The notes: generated by a model not told the origin, from the letters alone. A DNA stretch of 64,000 nucleotides from Camelus dromedarius (GCF_036321535.1 NC_087455.1:9486001-9550000), one strand, 5' to 3'; numbered from the stretch's first letter, positions 26,270 to 39,480 are shown. Program-made: numbers and translations.

Positions 26270-26460
26270 GGGACACATTCTGGAGTCAGAAGAAACTAAG
26301 TTTGAATTTGGAGTTTCTCAGCGTATTAGTGTGGTGGTCCTTGAGGAACTCTATCAGCCTGTCTCAGCCTCCCTTCACTCGATCTAAATGGCAGGTGATT
26401 TTACATATTCCATGGGGTTGTAGTGAGATTAAATGACTTAACTCACATGGAGTAGATGTG
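26270..26460 (+). mobile_element. MIR SINE
   Basis: tctggagtcagaagaaactaagtttgaatttgg...ggggttgtagtgagattaaatga. Confidence 0.65.
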
Positions 26461-27027
26461 GTTTGGTGCCCTGTGAGCTCTGCTTTATGGGGTTGGCAGG
26501 TTCCCATCCCTCAGCTCTTGTGACATTTGGGTGCCTGCAGTTCATAACTACATCCCTTTGCACACTGTTAATGGGGACTGCCTGCTCTGGAAATTTCTGG
26601 GGTGCTATTCTTTCCTCCTGGGTTTGGAGAAGGTTTCCAGTAGCCTGATTTGGGAGTTCAAAACACCTCTTGCTGTAAGTGGGGAGAACTCTAGGATGTC
26701 ATCCATACTTCAGAGCACCCCATGGGATCAGAAAGAGGTTGTACCTCCAAGGAACTCACATCTTTGCCTGACCTTTTCCCCTGCCTATCCTGAGATCCCC
26801 CCTGATTGTTACCTTAGTAACACTTGTCTCAGATGCTCTTCTAGGGAACCTGACTGAGATGGCTTGTAAGTATCAGCCATGGAGCAGGTGCTCAAAGATG
26901 GTTAGTGCCTGTCTCCTTCTACCCCTTTCTCCCAGCAACTGTTTCTGAGAACTACATTTGTTTTGCCTGGGAAAAATTACTACGAAATAATAGAAAATTA
27001 AAAGAATTTTTTTTCCTCCACCCATTC

Positions 27028-27085
27028 GCCTGCCTGCCTGCCTCCCTTCCTCCCTCCCTTCCTCCTTTCCTTCCTTCCTTCCTTC
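27028..27085. repeat. (CCTG)/(CCTC)/(CCTT)n tetranucleotide tract next to an L1 tail
   Basis: gcctgcctgcctgcctcccttcctccctcccttcctcctttccttccttccttccttc. Confidence 0.9.
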
Positions 27086-27726
27086 ATTTCTTGTCAGTTT
27101 ACAATGTTGTATCAATTTCTTGTGTACAATATAATGTTTCAGTCATATGTATACATAACATACACTCCTTTTCATATTCTTTTTCATTATAGGTTACTAC
27201 AAGATATTGAATATAGCTCCCTGTGCTATACAGAAGAAACTTGTTGTTTATCTATTTTATATATAGTAGTTAGTATCAACAAATCTCGAGCTCCCAGTTT
27301 ATCCCTTCCCACCCCCTTTCCTTCCTGGTAACCATGTTTGTTTTCTATGTCTGTAAGTCTTTCTGTTCTGTAAATAAGTTCATTTGTGTCTTTTTTTCCC
27401 CTAGATTCCATATATGAATGATAGCCTATGGTATTTTTCTTTCTCATCCTGACTTCACTTTGAATGATGATNNNNNNNNNNNNNNNNNNNNNNNNNNNNN
27501 NNNNNNNNNNNNNNNNNNNNNNNNNNNNNNNNNNNNNNNNNNNNNNNNNNNNNNNNNNNNNNNNNNNNNNNNNNNNNNNNNNNNNNNNNNNNNNNNNNNN
27601 NNNNNNNNNNNNNNNNNNNNNNNNNNNNNNNNNNNNNNNNNNNNNNNNNNNNNNNNNNNNNNNNNNNNNNNNNNNNNNNCTTTTCAAATTAGAATTCCCT
27701 CTGGATATATGCCTAGGAGTGGGATT
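27086..27726 (-). mobile_element. Young (camelid-type) L1 3' end containing a 208-N gap (27472-27679)
   Basis: gtcagtttacaatgttgtatcaatttc...ggttactacaagatattgaatatag...cttttcaaattagaattccctctggatatatgcctaggagtgggatt. Confidence 0.85.
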
Positions 27727-27759
27727 TTAAAAAAAATTCTTAAGTTAATAAAAAATACT

Positions 27760-28740
27760 TAAAAAAAATAAGAAGACAAGCAACACATTCTGTCAAGTTA
27801 TTTCCTATACAACTAATAAAAGATTTGTATCCAATATTAAAAACTACAGGAAAAAGAAAAAACCACAACAACAAGAAACGATGGGGCATATGGTCCTTTG
27901 AGTCACAGAAGAGGAAACTAGAATGGCCAAAACATACATGAAAAATATCTTAATCTCAATAGGGAAAAATGAGATTTTGAACCCATTCCATAGGCAACAT
28001 TAAAATGCCTGATAATATTAGTGTTGGCAAAACTGTGAAGCAAACATAGATTCATACTTGCTGGTGGGAATGTTCGTTAGCATCACCATGTTGGATTGCA
28101 ATTTCTCAAAATCTAGTAAGTTTGAGGATATGTGTATTTTATAATTCATCAGTTATACTTTCAAGAAGTTACCCCTCATCCCTGTCACACGCACACAAGA
28201 ATGTTCCTGGCAATTTTATTTGTTAAAGCAAAAGGAAACATTAACAACCTTAATGTTCGTTATTGGGAGGATGAGTAAAGCATTTTTAGCATATTTATAG
28301 AGTGCATGCCAGAAAGCTCTAAAAATGGATGAACTAGAATGAGGGGTTTCATACGGAAAATCTGGGAAGCATCACGTTGAGCAAAGAGCACAAGTTGCAG
28401 AAGGATATGATCAGAATGATGCCAATAATTATTTTTTTAACTTGAAATAGTTCTATACGTTTTTTTCTGAATACTTAGAGGTGTTATAAAATTATGCAAA
28501 CCTAGACTTGAAGATAGACACTAATCTCACAAGATACTAACCTGGAGAAAGGAAGGGTCCTCAGATGGACGTTGGGAGAGACATGAGTTTCAACTATATT
28601 TGTAATGTTTTTGTTCTTCACATTACAAAAAAATGAAGCATGAAAAGAAAAATGTTAAAATGTACTAAGTCTGTAAGAGTGTAAGTGTTTGTTATTTTTC
28701 TGCAAGGTTTTATTCTACGTTTGAAATATTAAGAATATAG
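27760..28740 (+). mobile_element. Old L1ME3/4-like 3' kilobase
   Basis: cagaagaggaaactagaatggcc...tgttggcaaaactgtgaagcaa...acttgctggtgggaatg...tttcaactatatttgtaatgtttt. Confidence 0.75.
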
Positions 28741-28899
28741 AATGCCACTTCCTAGGTCTGTTTGAGAATTGCGGACTGATAATAAAACGGTGACATTTTA
28801 ACATGCTTATTTTGCTCACACCGTATGCTTGATTTCAGGCTTAGCTGGCTAAGTCCCCACCTAACTATGGCCTCTTCAAATCTTGCAAAACCTAGCCTA

Positions 28900-29540
28900 A
28901 GTCTTGCCTCTTCCAGGCAACTTATGTTTTCCTCAGAGTGTTCCTTTTCAGAGGCAGGTTGTTCTTGTTTCAAGGAGCCAGTATATTCTACACTGTTATC
29001 TCCAGATAGTCCGCTAAAATCTCACAGGTCAGTTTTTAGACTTCCATTTAGCACTCTATTCAAATCATCAAATCAGCCTGGCTGCATCTGAGGGTCTAGA
29101 GTCCAGAGTGATCCTTCTTTGGTTCAGTTATAAGCCTCTGGCATAGGAGAGGGGTCCTGTAACTTCCACCAGCCTCTCTGCAGCCCTTTTACCAGGATTG
29201 CTCCCATTAGACCAGGACCCGGCTCCCCAGGCCTTCCGCCATTCCTGGTGCTTCTAAATGCTGAGCTCAGGGATTCTGCGGGCCCCACCGCTTCACTTCT
29301 TGGTACTATTTTCGTCTGTTGACTCTTAGGTTGAAACTTCCTCTGATCTGCTGAGTCAGATACCAATTCTCTACCCACTTTCGCTTTTCCAGCATGTGGC
29401 TGAAGTCGCTGACATGCTGATGCTTCCTCTCTCGACCCATCTGTCTTGTATTCCTTGTCAGCCTTTGCTTTCATTCTGGCTGGATTTTGTGTAGAATAAG
29501 TGATAAACGTCTGTGGTCTGTTCACCATTTGTCACCTGAA
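28900..29540 (-). mobile_element. HAL1 / old L1M 5'UTR plus ORF1 coiled-coil fragment
   Basis: Minus-strand peptide MKQEQPASEKEHSEENISCLE resembles HAL1 ORF1 (MKQEQDAIKKEHSENKKELLE, recalled); 5' part ggtatctgactcagcagatcagaggaagtttcaacctaag matches old L1 5' ends. Confidence 0.6.
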
Positions 29541-29734
29541 GCCTCCCTCAGGAAAGTAACTTCTCTGATTTACTTTGTAATGTAAAGGAGATCATAAAAA
29601 AGGACGTTTGATGGTTAGGATATGCTTTAGCTTCTGTAAGTCCTCATGAATTGCTGGATTTTCCCTCTTAATCAACCTTTAGGAGACAACTGGCTTGTCC
29701 AAATCATCTTGAGTAAATAGAATATTCACACTGT

Positions 29735-29910
29735 GGACTCTGAAGCAAGGTCACAGGTCTGTAGTCACACAGGGCTCTGCTCTCAGAAGGGTCCAGTGCT
29801 GGCTTTAATGCTCTGCTGTCCCTGTCTTGAAAATCCTAATATTCTGGGGACAAGTGACTCACATTTGTACTTTGTACTGGGCCTTGCAAATTATGAAGCG
29901 GATCCTTCTC
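29735..29910 (+). mobile_element. MER45A hAT-Tip100 MITE
   Basis: ctgtagtcacacagggctctgctctcagaagggtcc...tttaatgctctgctgtccctgtcttgaaaatcctaata...tttgtactgggccttgcaaattatgaagcgg. Confidence 0.8.
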
Positions 29911-31499
29911 TGAAGTGTAAAAACCCTGATGTCAAAGTATAGTTTGCAGGTTCACACAGTCTTGGGGCATCAGCTCGACCTTTCCTTTGACAAAGTCCCT
30001 GCCCGTTTAGCCAGTGCAGCTGCTGTTGGCTTATTACCAAAGATGGGTAAGCTCACTGCCTTCTCAGCTATTTCTTTTCTCTCTGGACCTCTCTGACAGA
30101 ACATTCTATCTCACTCTGCAATGAAATACATATCTTTCATCTTATCTGTGCCCATTCCCTGTTTTATATGAATAATTTGGCCATTTGTATGTTACAAAAC
30201 AAATACATATTTACATTTTTATTATAAAAGAAGTGCACATCTTGAAAATATTGGAAAATGATGAAAAACATAAAAGATAATAACCCAAGATCCCTTTATT
30301 GGGAAATTACCATTAATAATCTGTTACCACAGATATTCCTTTTCTTTTTCTATGCATACATAGTAATAATAACAACGATAAGAAAGACGGCTGGTTTATT
30401 TAGTGCTTATAATGTGCTGGGAACTGTGCTAAGTGTTTTAAATGAATTATTGCACTCAGTAGACAGATATAATTAGGGAGAGATGGACGTACACCACATG
30501 CATACATGTGAAGATTGTAGTGTATACCCAGCTTTTTGCTTTGTTTCATTTATTATTATATCATAAGCCCTTGTACTTGCAACAATGAGAGAATTTAAAG
30601 CAAAATGTATTTAGTACATGGACAGATAATGAAGGATCACTACACTCCTTTTGCGGAGTGTCACTTCTCCCCGTGAAGTTTTGGTTTCTTCTTTTGTAAA
30701 ACACATATGATATAATACTTACCCTGCCTACTTTGCAGGATTATAGCAGCAATAGGAGGCCATCTACTTGACAGAAAAGGGGCAGAGGAGGAAACTTCCA
30801 GGCAAAAGGAAAAAAATAAAAACAGAGTCACTCTGCTGTACACTTGTAACTAATACACCATTGTAGATCAACTATACTTCAATAAACAAGTAAAACCAAA
30901 AGACCGCCACCACAGCTGAAGGAAGCAAAGCCCCTGTCTGTAAGTCAGGTTCACAGCACAGGGATGCTCTGGACCAGCTGGAGCCGCTGGCATGCAGTAA
31001 GGAAGGTGATGAGTTGCCCAGAAATCCATCCTGATCTTATCCTTAAGGAGCCCTACGACATTAAGAAAGACCAAAAGCAAAGGTTTTCTGCATAATACTG
31101 TTCGGTTATACTCGCAGGAAGTTGGTGGCGTGGTGGAGAAAAGTAGGTTTTCAGCTTCACCTATCAGCCATTATGTTCAATATTATTTTATGTTGAAGAT
31201 GAATCATATAATTTTGGATAAAAGTGCATGCTGTGTATTTCTAATATTTCCAGAAGTGTCGGGGAAGAAGCAAAAAGAGTATTCCAACTTACAGGTTTCT
31301 ATGTATATTATTATTTTGGGAAATGAATATAGATATGCACTAACATCAGTATTAACAGTTCCTTGTGACGGAGGCCTTGTGACATATACATAGTGGCTGT
31401 AAAATTCAACCACTCCTCACGAAGAGGATAGTAATGAAGTTGGGAAGATAAGATGGCCCTAGCAGAGGAAGCTGCATTGCCTCTTTCTCTTGAGTAAAT

Positions 31500-31800
31500 T
31501 GTATCCATCCATCCATCCATCATTCCAACATTTATTGAGCACTTAATATTCATTCATTTGATTCATTCAGTCAATATTTATTGAGGGCGTACCACATGCC
31601 GGGCACTAATGCCAGGTTGAAAAAAAGTCCCAATATGCTTACCCTTGGAGATGTTGTGAAAATCAAATAAGCTAATATAGATAGAAAGTATATATGTATA
31701 CCTTGACATGCTATTAAGACATGAAGGATTATTATTATCCAATCTTTAATATCACTGCTTTGTAATCCAGTGTTGTGATATTTTTCAGTGCATTGACAGG
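31500..31800 (-). mobile_element. L2 tail with (CATC/CATT)n
   Basis: catccatccatccatcattccaacatttattgagcactt...cattcagtcaatatttattgagggcgtaccacatgccgggcact. Confidence 0.7.
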
Positions 31801-34800
31801 CACAGATATTTCCCAGGACTCTGCAAGCCTGCAATTAAGAAACGGGAAACATACATAAATATACAAGTTGACTAATTAGTCCTTAATTAGTTAGGAGATT
31901 GGGAATTGTAATCACCCTGAGATACATTGGTTAATGTCATAGAATGGAAAGAAGAGTTTTGCTATATTATATTATGTCAACATTTGCATAAAGATTTCAT
32001 TAAAATACTTAATGAGACCTGCCAGTTCTGAGCCATGGCCAGCCAGCCAGTCATCTATGATCTCTTACTGGTCTTTGGCAATTTGGGCATCATGACAAGT
32101 GATCTTTCAATTCAGTCAAAGAAAACTGTAAAATTTTTAACACCTACGATATTCCCTTATTGACCACTTAGTTTATGCTTGTCTTGCATTTGAAGAGACT
32201 AAAGCACAAAGAGGCCAAGAAACTAGTTCAAGAACGTTCCTATGGACCCTAGGTTGACTGGATTATGCTTGGCTTTAAAACCCTTCGTTCCTAGACCTCT
32301 GCTCATCCCAACAGCCTGAAGAGGCCCAAGAATTAAATCATAGTTCTGCTGCCATTCTCACTCGCACTATGTCATGATCATTTCACATTTGTTTGTTTTT
32401 AATCCAAAGTCTCTGTGGCTTTCCAAACAAGATCAGAGAAAGTCTAAAAGAGAAGTTAATGGTTTCTGCATGGATATGTCTCAATTTCTTGAAAAGACTT
32501 AGTTGTTCGTCCCTTTGAACTTGCCTATTGATTGGTTCTTTCCTCTCTGGTAGTATTTCAAGATAGTGGAATGGAACATTGATATCCTGAGTAAGGTAAA
32601 GCCGAGTGATTCTTTGTTTTTAGCTTCTGTTGCTCCATGAAGCTTGAATAATCACTGGCTCAACATAACTCCTCCCAAAGAAAAGTCCTGTCCTTGTGAT
32701 TTTGTTACGAAATATGTATAGAGCTGCTGCCAGAGGACCTTGGCTTCCAAGTGGCTGCACCACTGTGTTGTTTATTTCCTTGCTCCAGGAACTGGCTCTT
32801 GGGTTTTCACATCGAAATTTGGTTTGTTCATGATGTGCACTCGTGCTATCCAAATTAGAAGAGACTAATGCAAACTCTGGGATATCTATTTACTACTTTA
32901 AAATAAAAAATAAAAATCATTATGAGAGTATAAGAGTCTTGAGTCTTCTGGTGAACATGATTTTTTCTGAAGCAGCAAGCCAAAAAAATCTGGGGTTTCC
33001 TTAATGCACTTAGGTGCATCTTAATGGCTCTCAGCATCAGGGTATATCAGCACTAGATACAATCCTGTTTAAAACAGAAAGATACCTATCAAGGGGGCTG
33101 GATATTTAAACTTCTGATCAAAAGTCTCTTCTTTTGGACAGTGTTGGAAACTCTCGATTATTACTGTCGGCCTTTTGTGACCTTGTGTTGACTCTGTGCT
33201 GGTGATGGTAAGGAAAGAGAAACTAGGATCATCTTGAGTTACTTGAAATACTGCTGCATCTCCTTATCAGTTCTGTTTCCCTTTACACCCTTGCTTTTTC
33301 ACTCCCATTTTAGTTCATTAATCTTTTACGTGCTCTTGGTCTTTGAACTGGTCTTGGATTTCTCAGCTACCTTTGGTCCTCTCTAGGACTATGTCTTGGA
33401 CATACCATTTCAATCCATCTTTCTGGTCTTGACTTTACCCTTTAGGACCCAACTTCCCCCAAATGGCCTAAATAACTGGTGCTGCCTTCGATTTCTAGTT
33501 AGGTACCCATGGAGGAGGCAGGCAGTCCTTCCCTTCCCTCTCCCAAGATCCTTCTTGTACTAGGCTCCTTTAATCTAAGCAGTCTTTCTTCACATACATT
33601 CAGAACTCTTGACTTTCACTAGAGTTTCTTAGATGTAAGAGGACAGCTGGTTAGATCACCAACATCTTCTTCCGTCTTTGCCCTGAGAGGTGGATCAGTT
33701 GCACACCGTCTTCTGAAGCTGTCCGGTCTCATTTGTTACGTAATTTCACTTGGCTCTATCTCAGAGTTTAGGGATGCCCTTTTTCTGCCCTTATGCCTTT
33801 TAATAATTGGGACATGACCTTTGAGGACATTCCTTTGCACTTTAAAGTGTTTCATGCCCATTTTTTTCATCTCCTTCCAACAGCCCCATGAGGTGGAGGT
33901 TACCATGGAGGAAATACCTCATTTTGGCAATTTTTTGGATTTCCCCTTACATCTGTGGTATTGTGACTTGGCTGGAAAAATCAGAGTAACTGACAGAGGC
34001 CAGCTAGTCCCTTTAGACAAGGAGAGTGAGGAAAGCAAAAGAAACATAAAAACAGAATTAACAACGAACGCCCAGTTTACAGAGGGACAAAAGCTGGACA
34101 TACAGCAGGGCCCAGCACATGTTACATAAGCCTCAGAGAGAGAGTCTCTTGGCCAAAGCGCATGCAGCCAGAACCCTTGCCAAGGGCACACTCAAATGAG
34201 GCTGTGGATACGCAGACAGCGTTGCTGGTGAGCTACTGGCACGTTGTTGGTGTTTTCTGGGCTCCTGGAAAGACTTTCTCAGAACTGTTCCTAGAAAGAA
34301 CGATGAATTGTTCTTCAACAGCCAAGGCCTGGCTTTGATGTGACTGCTCTGAGCAGGCCTTGGTTGCAGGGCTATGCAGAGACTCACCTGTCCGTACCAT
34401 TCAGGCATCACACCTGGGCCCCTATCAAGTGACTGCTGTGTCCTCCTCCTCTCACTGCTTCTTTCACTCCAGGTGACATTTACCCCAAATTAGGCCCCCA
34501 GCTCGCCCGTAGAGCTTGACAGTGACTTTGGGAGATGCATGCTGGGGACTCCCGCTGCCTCCTTAGGGGAGTTATTACTCCTTCCTTCTCTAAGCTCTGC
34601 GTGGCTGGCTGGTCTCTCTGCTTCTAGCTTCCATTCTCCCTTACTCACAAACACACTGCAAGATTTAACAATCAATATCCTTGGTCATACGACGTCCCTG
34701 TTCGTAAATCTTCGGTGGCTTTTCATTGTAGGTGCCAGGCTGTGCATCCTGGGTATGGCAACCTAGGCTCCTCGTGATCTAGCGCTGAGCTCCTATGGCA

Positions 34801-35393
34801 TGTGGCCTGAGTATCTCTTTTGGGAAAAATGATTCCTTGTTACATGTGGTGCTGCTTGTGTGTGAGCATCTCTCTTGCCCAGCTTTAAGCCTCTGGAGGA
34901 TTAGGTCCACATCTGCCTGTCTGACCAAACCTGACACTTCTCCCGGCACCAACCAGAGCACCTGAATCAGGGCAGTTGCTTAGCGAGTATTTGCTGCATG
35001 CAATAAAGAATGAATGATCTTCATGAGTGACATTTTCAGTCTGAGCAAAGCATCAGATCTGGTGTTGGATGACTGATTTTTTTCTTGCATATGCTTTTGT
35101 TTGGGGAATTTTTTTTTTAAAAAGCAGGGGAGTATAAAAGAATAATGAAAACAGAGTATCATGCACCCATTATCCCAAACTGAACCATTGGTAACATTTA
35201 TTTTTTTCATGTTTGCTTTAGATTTTTAAAGAAAGAAATAAAACATTCCAGATTAATATGATCTTTTGTCTCATATCTCATTCCTATTCTGCTTCTATCT
35301 CTTCTCAGAGGTAAGTACTATTATGAGCCTTCTGTGAATGCATTTTATGTTTACTTATACTTTTATATACAAATATATGCATCAGCTGATTTA

Positions 35394-35623
35394 CAGCAGA
35401 AGTTAAATTACGGCCCATGGGGCAAACCCAACCCATGGCCTGTTTCTCTAAAGACTGCAAACAAAGAATGGTTTTTACATTTTAAAGAGCTGTTAAAAAG
35501 AAAAAAAAAAAAAACAAAAAAACAGCAACACAAAAGAATAACATGTGATAGGAATCATATATGGCCTTCAAAGCCTAAAATATTTACTGTTCATCTTTTG
35601 CAGAAAAAGTTTGCTAACCCCTG
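35394..35623 (+). mobile_element. MER58 (B/C-like) hAT-Charlie MITE
   Basis: cagcagaagttaaattacggcccatggggcaaaccc...atatggccttcaaagcctaaaatatttact...cagaaaaagtttgctaacccctg. Confidence 0.8.
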
Positions 35624-35783
35624 AAATAGAATGTTGACTTTAAGTTATAAAAGGGTATTTACATCCTACAATTATTCTGAAACTTGCTTTAATATTCAGC
35701 CCTATATTTCTTGAATTCTATGCTTGTTGACATATGTACCTACTTTTACTCCTTTTAATGGTTGCATGATATGTCATCATATT

Positions 35784-36359
35784 AATGTAGCACACTTTTT
35801 TTATTGACGTATAGTCAGTTTACAATGTGTCAATTTCTGGTATACAGCATAATGTTTCAGTCATACATACATTTGTTTTCATATTGCTTTTCATTATAGG
35901 TTACTACAAGATATTGAATACAGTTCCCTGTGCTATACAGAAGAAACTTGTTATTTATCTATTTTATGTATAGTAGTTAATATTTGCAAATATTGAGCTC
36001 CCAATTTATCCCTTCCCACCCTCTTTCCCCCTAGTAACCTTAAGTTTGTTTTCTATGTCTGTGAGTCTGTTTGTGTTTTAGAGATAAGTTCCTTTGTGTC
36101 TCCTTTTTTTTTAAGATTCCACATATGAGTGATATCATATGGTATTTTTCTTTCTCTTTCTGGCTTGCTTTACTTAGAATGATGATCTCCAGGCCCATAC
36201 ATGTTGCTGCAAATAACATTATTTATCCTTTTTTATGGCTGAGTAGTATTCCATTGTATAAATATACCATAGCTTCTTTATCTAGTCATCTGTTGATAGA
36301 CATTTAGGTTGTTTCCGTGTCTTGGCTGTTGTATATACATAGAATGTAGCACACTTTTT
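35784..36359 (-). mobile_element. Young 5'-truncated L1 with 17-bp TSD
   Basis: TSD aatgtagcacacttttt at 35784-35800 and 36343-36359; camelid-type L1 3'UTR between them. Confidence 0.92.
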
Positions 36360-36516
36360 GTATTCATTCTCCTGCTGGACGGGCAGTTGCATTGTTTATA
36401 CGCTTTTCACTATTAACAAAGTCAAGAAACATCCTGTATCTTGTATAAATGAGAGTTTCTCAAGGGCTGTGTCCCTGGAGGTATAATCATTGGCTTATAG
36501 GGAATGTACATACCTT

Positions 36517-36686
36517 TTTAAAATATTTTTTTAACTTTCTTTTTTTGGGAGGGGAGGAGGTAATTAGATCTATCTTTTAAAAAATTTTATTTATCTATTT
36601 ACTTTTTAATGGCAGTACTGGGGCTTGAACCTAGGACCTTGTGCATGTTAAGCACGTACTTTACCACTGAGCTATACCCTCCCCCC
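36517..36686 (-). mobile_element. Camelid tRNA-derived SINE (Vic-1-type)
   Basis: Sense: gggggagggtatagctcagtggtaaagtacgtgcttaacatgcacaaggtcctaggttcaagcccc...taattacctc + A-rich tail; A box (tagctcagtgg) and B box (ggttcaagccc) intact. Confidence 0.88.
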
Positions 36687-37399
36687 TGGGAATATGCATT
36701 CTTAAGAGTTGGAACAGAATCAAACTATTCTTGGCAGTAGTTGTAAATATTTCAACACTTACCTTCACTTTGAGGTATATTCTTCATTCCTACAACCTTC
36801 AGCTTTACCACTGTCCCAGCAAATGGAAAAGATGGCCCCTGCCCTAATGGCCTTCAGTTTTCTACTGCCTTCCTGTAGCAGACGAAACATCGGAGGCAGA
36901 AGACTCTTTACAGAGCTGTAAAGTGCGAGAAAAATGAGAGCGGTGTGACTTTAAAGAGGTTGCCTGCCGGGACATCAAGAAGGACTCCTGGCGGACTGAA
37001 CAGAAATGACGTAGGCAGAAGGCACTCTCCGGGGGACTTTGTCAAAAGAATGCTGAACGGCATTCCACTTCAAACAACGTCTGGTGACAGGTGTTCTGCT
37101 CTGTGCCGACTTTGTCCACCCCCTGTCCCCCCCCAGCAGGTGCTGTCAGTGAGCACTGTGGTCGGGGACCATTTCCCTCCAGGTCTACAGCTCCAGGAAC
37201 AAAGACTGGCAGGCAGGGCCCCTGTGAGGCCAGTTGTGACTGCCCCGAAGAAGCGTGTTTTGAGGACTTATTGTGTGCCTCATCCTGAGCCACTGGCTGA
37301 GATCACAGCAAGGGAAAGGGACACATGGGAAAGACAGTTTCCGTTGCTAGTGGTCTGAGGACTGCCTGGCTGGAGAACCACTAAGTGCTCAGTTCGCAT

Positions 37400-37780
37400 C
37401 TCCATTCTATGCCCAGTCGCTTTCTTCTCACTGACATGGTCTCTCTGTCCTTCTCATTAACATGAGCTTCTTACTAGTCTCTCAAAATTCAGCTCAAATC
37501 TCTTGTCACCCTGTCAGGCATTTGTGAGCTGTTGCCTCCCTTGCCAGCCCAAGATTCCTGGAAGAATTGGAATTTCCTTGAGTCCTCATGTGCCTGATAC
37601 AGCCTTCTTCCCTGGCATCAGCTCAAGGGCATTATGCATTTTCCTGGGTTCTTCATTTCGTGACAAGCCTTGGAAGCCAGGCACTATGTCATATCCAGTT
37701 TTGTACCCAATCTCTCTACAAAGCACAGTGTTTGGTCTTAGCAAGTCCTCAGTTATGAGTAACAAGTTTACAAAGTTAGC
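37400..37780 (+). mobile_element. L2 3' end
   Basis: cagctcaaatctcttgtcacc...gacaagccttggaagccaggcactatgtc...ctacaaagcacagtgtttgg. Confidence 0.55.
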
Positions 37781-39049
37781 TGAATTGCAAAGGGAGAACC
37801 AACACACTGGTAAATGGGACACTTTCATGGGAGGTTGCCTGTGAACGGGCTCTCCAGCTGCTAATGGTGGAGCTGGAACGCAGCGGATGGCTGCAATCTG
37901 ACTGAATTAAAATTTATAATAAACTACATGGACTTAGGAAAGAGCACCTCTTCCTGTGCTCAACTCTAAACTATTAGCCTGCATTATACATGCCATTAAA
38001 AAAGAATTCTTTTGGATTGAGAGCACCTTTTGAAAAGAAGCTGCAAGCCTGGAGAGTTTGCAAAGTGTTAGAGACCCAGCATGGGTTTTTGTTACTTAGT
38101 TCAAAGGACATTAGCCAGAACCATCCTATGTCAATTCAGGATTCGTTCTCCATGCCAAATAGGAAGCAGGCACTCAAGAGGACCAAGAAAGGAGACTCAA
38201 CACACCTTGATTCTTTTTTGTCTCATGGCCCTTTTCACACATCCATTCTCCTTTACACCTCTCTTGTACCCCAATGATTTGGAGGGCACTTTCTAATACT
38301 CTTCTCCTTCAAAGAGGGCTGAAAACGCAAGGTGTGGGGGTGTGCCTTGCCCTAGACATTGTGTAGACAGCATTAATCACAGATATCTTTCCTTTTGAAT
38401 CAGGATAGAATCTTGAAATCTTTCCTGGCAACCATTATCAATCAGAGGTTGCATAAAAACTGTTTCCATTCTGTGTTCTGTAGACTTAGGGCTGTAGGAG
38501 ATGCCCGCTAAATGTCAGATTGGATCCCGTGAAATGATCATTTTTCATAATGATTAAAAATGGTCAAAAATGGAGGATTTCATACATTTCAACCTAGAGA
38601 AATTTGATGGCTTGACCTCCTGTTCCAGAGTTCTCTGAGTAGACATGCAAGAGGATTTCTTCATAATGTGACTCAGGGACTTTCCTGGATCTTTTGCCTT
38701 CTAGTTCCACAAACATTTTCAGCGAACAAATCGCACCAGTTACTATTATTGACACTTTAAAAAAAATGTGAGGAAACTGACATGCAGGAAGTTAATTTGT
38801 TCAAGGTCACAGAGAGAGTGCTGAGCAGAACTGTTAATGGAACCTGGATCTCTGACTTCTTGTTTCTTCCATGCCGCCATTCTTTTCTTCCATTGTTTAT
38901 TTTTATTTGTTTTTCCATTCCACCATGCTTGTTCTTAGTATCTGTAAAGAAATGATTCTCCTACTGAGACCCACCCTATGCCTTGATTTGTATTTCACTC
39001 TTATTTTCTTTACATGTTCCTCTTCTCTTTTTTAGAGAGCTGCGAGTGA

Positions 39050-39480
39050 GGACCTATATTCTACTGGACCTTTTCCCCATTACTTGGAGCAGAGCAGACC
39101 TCTCTCATTTCCTGCTCATGTTCTGAGTCATAGCAATACTTCGATTCCGTTGTCCAATTCAGAGAAACCTCTGAGTTGTCCTAAACCCTTCTCTGCCTCA
39201 CTCCACACACAGTCAAGACCTCTTTCCTACACATTTCTTCTCCTCACAATTACCGTAACTTCTCAGCATCCGTAGAAGCTCAAAAGCACCTTAACTATCT
39301 CCAGATGCACGTCCCTTTGGTTCAGTCTTGCACAGTCACTAGAATATCGTCCAAAAAAATAGAGCTCGGATACATCTCTGGTTCTTACAGGTCTTCAGGC
39401 TTTCTGTCAGCTGTGGGATGAAGTCCGAATGCCTCAGCACGGCCCCCCAAAGACTTCTTCACCCTGGGCTGCTTGCTGGG
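39050..39480 (+). mobile_element. L2 fragment
   Basis: ctgtgggatgaagtccgaatgcctcagcacggcccccc resembles L2 'ggataaagtccaaactccttagcctggc'. Confidence 0.55.

Larger units (their letters stand above)
35075..36515 (-). mobile_element. Old L1ME host element split by MER58 and a young L1
   Basis: L1ME-like text continues across both insertions (tctcagaggtaagtactattatgag...; gaaacttgctttaatattcag...; gtattcattctcctgctggacgggcagttg). Confidence 0.6.

Noticed and set aside
34383-34470. Strong minus-strand donor cag|gtgagt after MPEWYGQ, and a nearby + strand acceptor
   Set aside because: Isolated splice signals with no partner site or promoter support
36600-36686. tRNA-like sequence as a true tRNA gene
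   Set aside because: No complete cloverleaf or anticodon arm; it continues into a SINE body and A-rich tail
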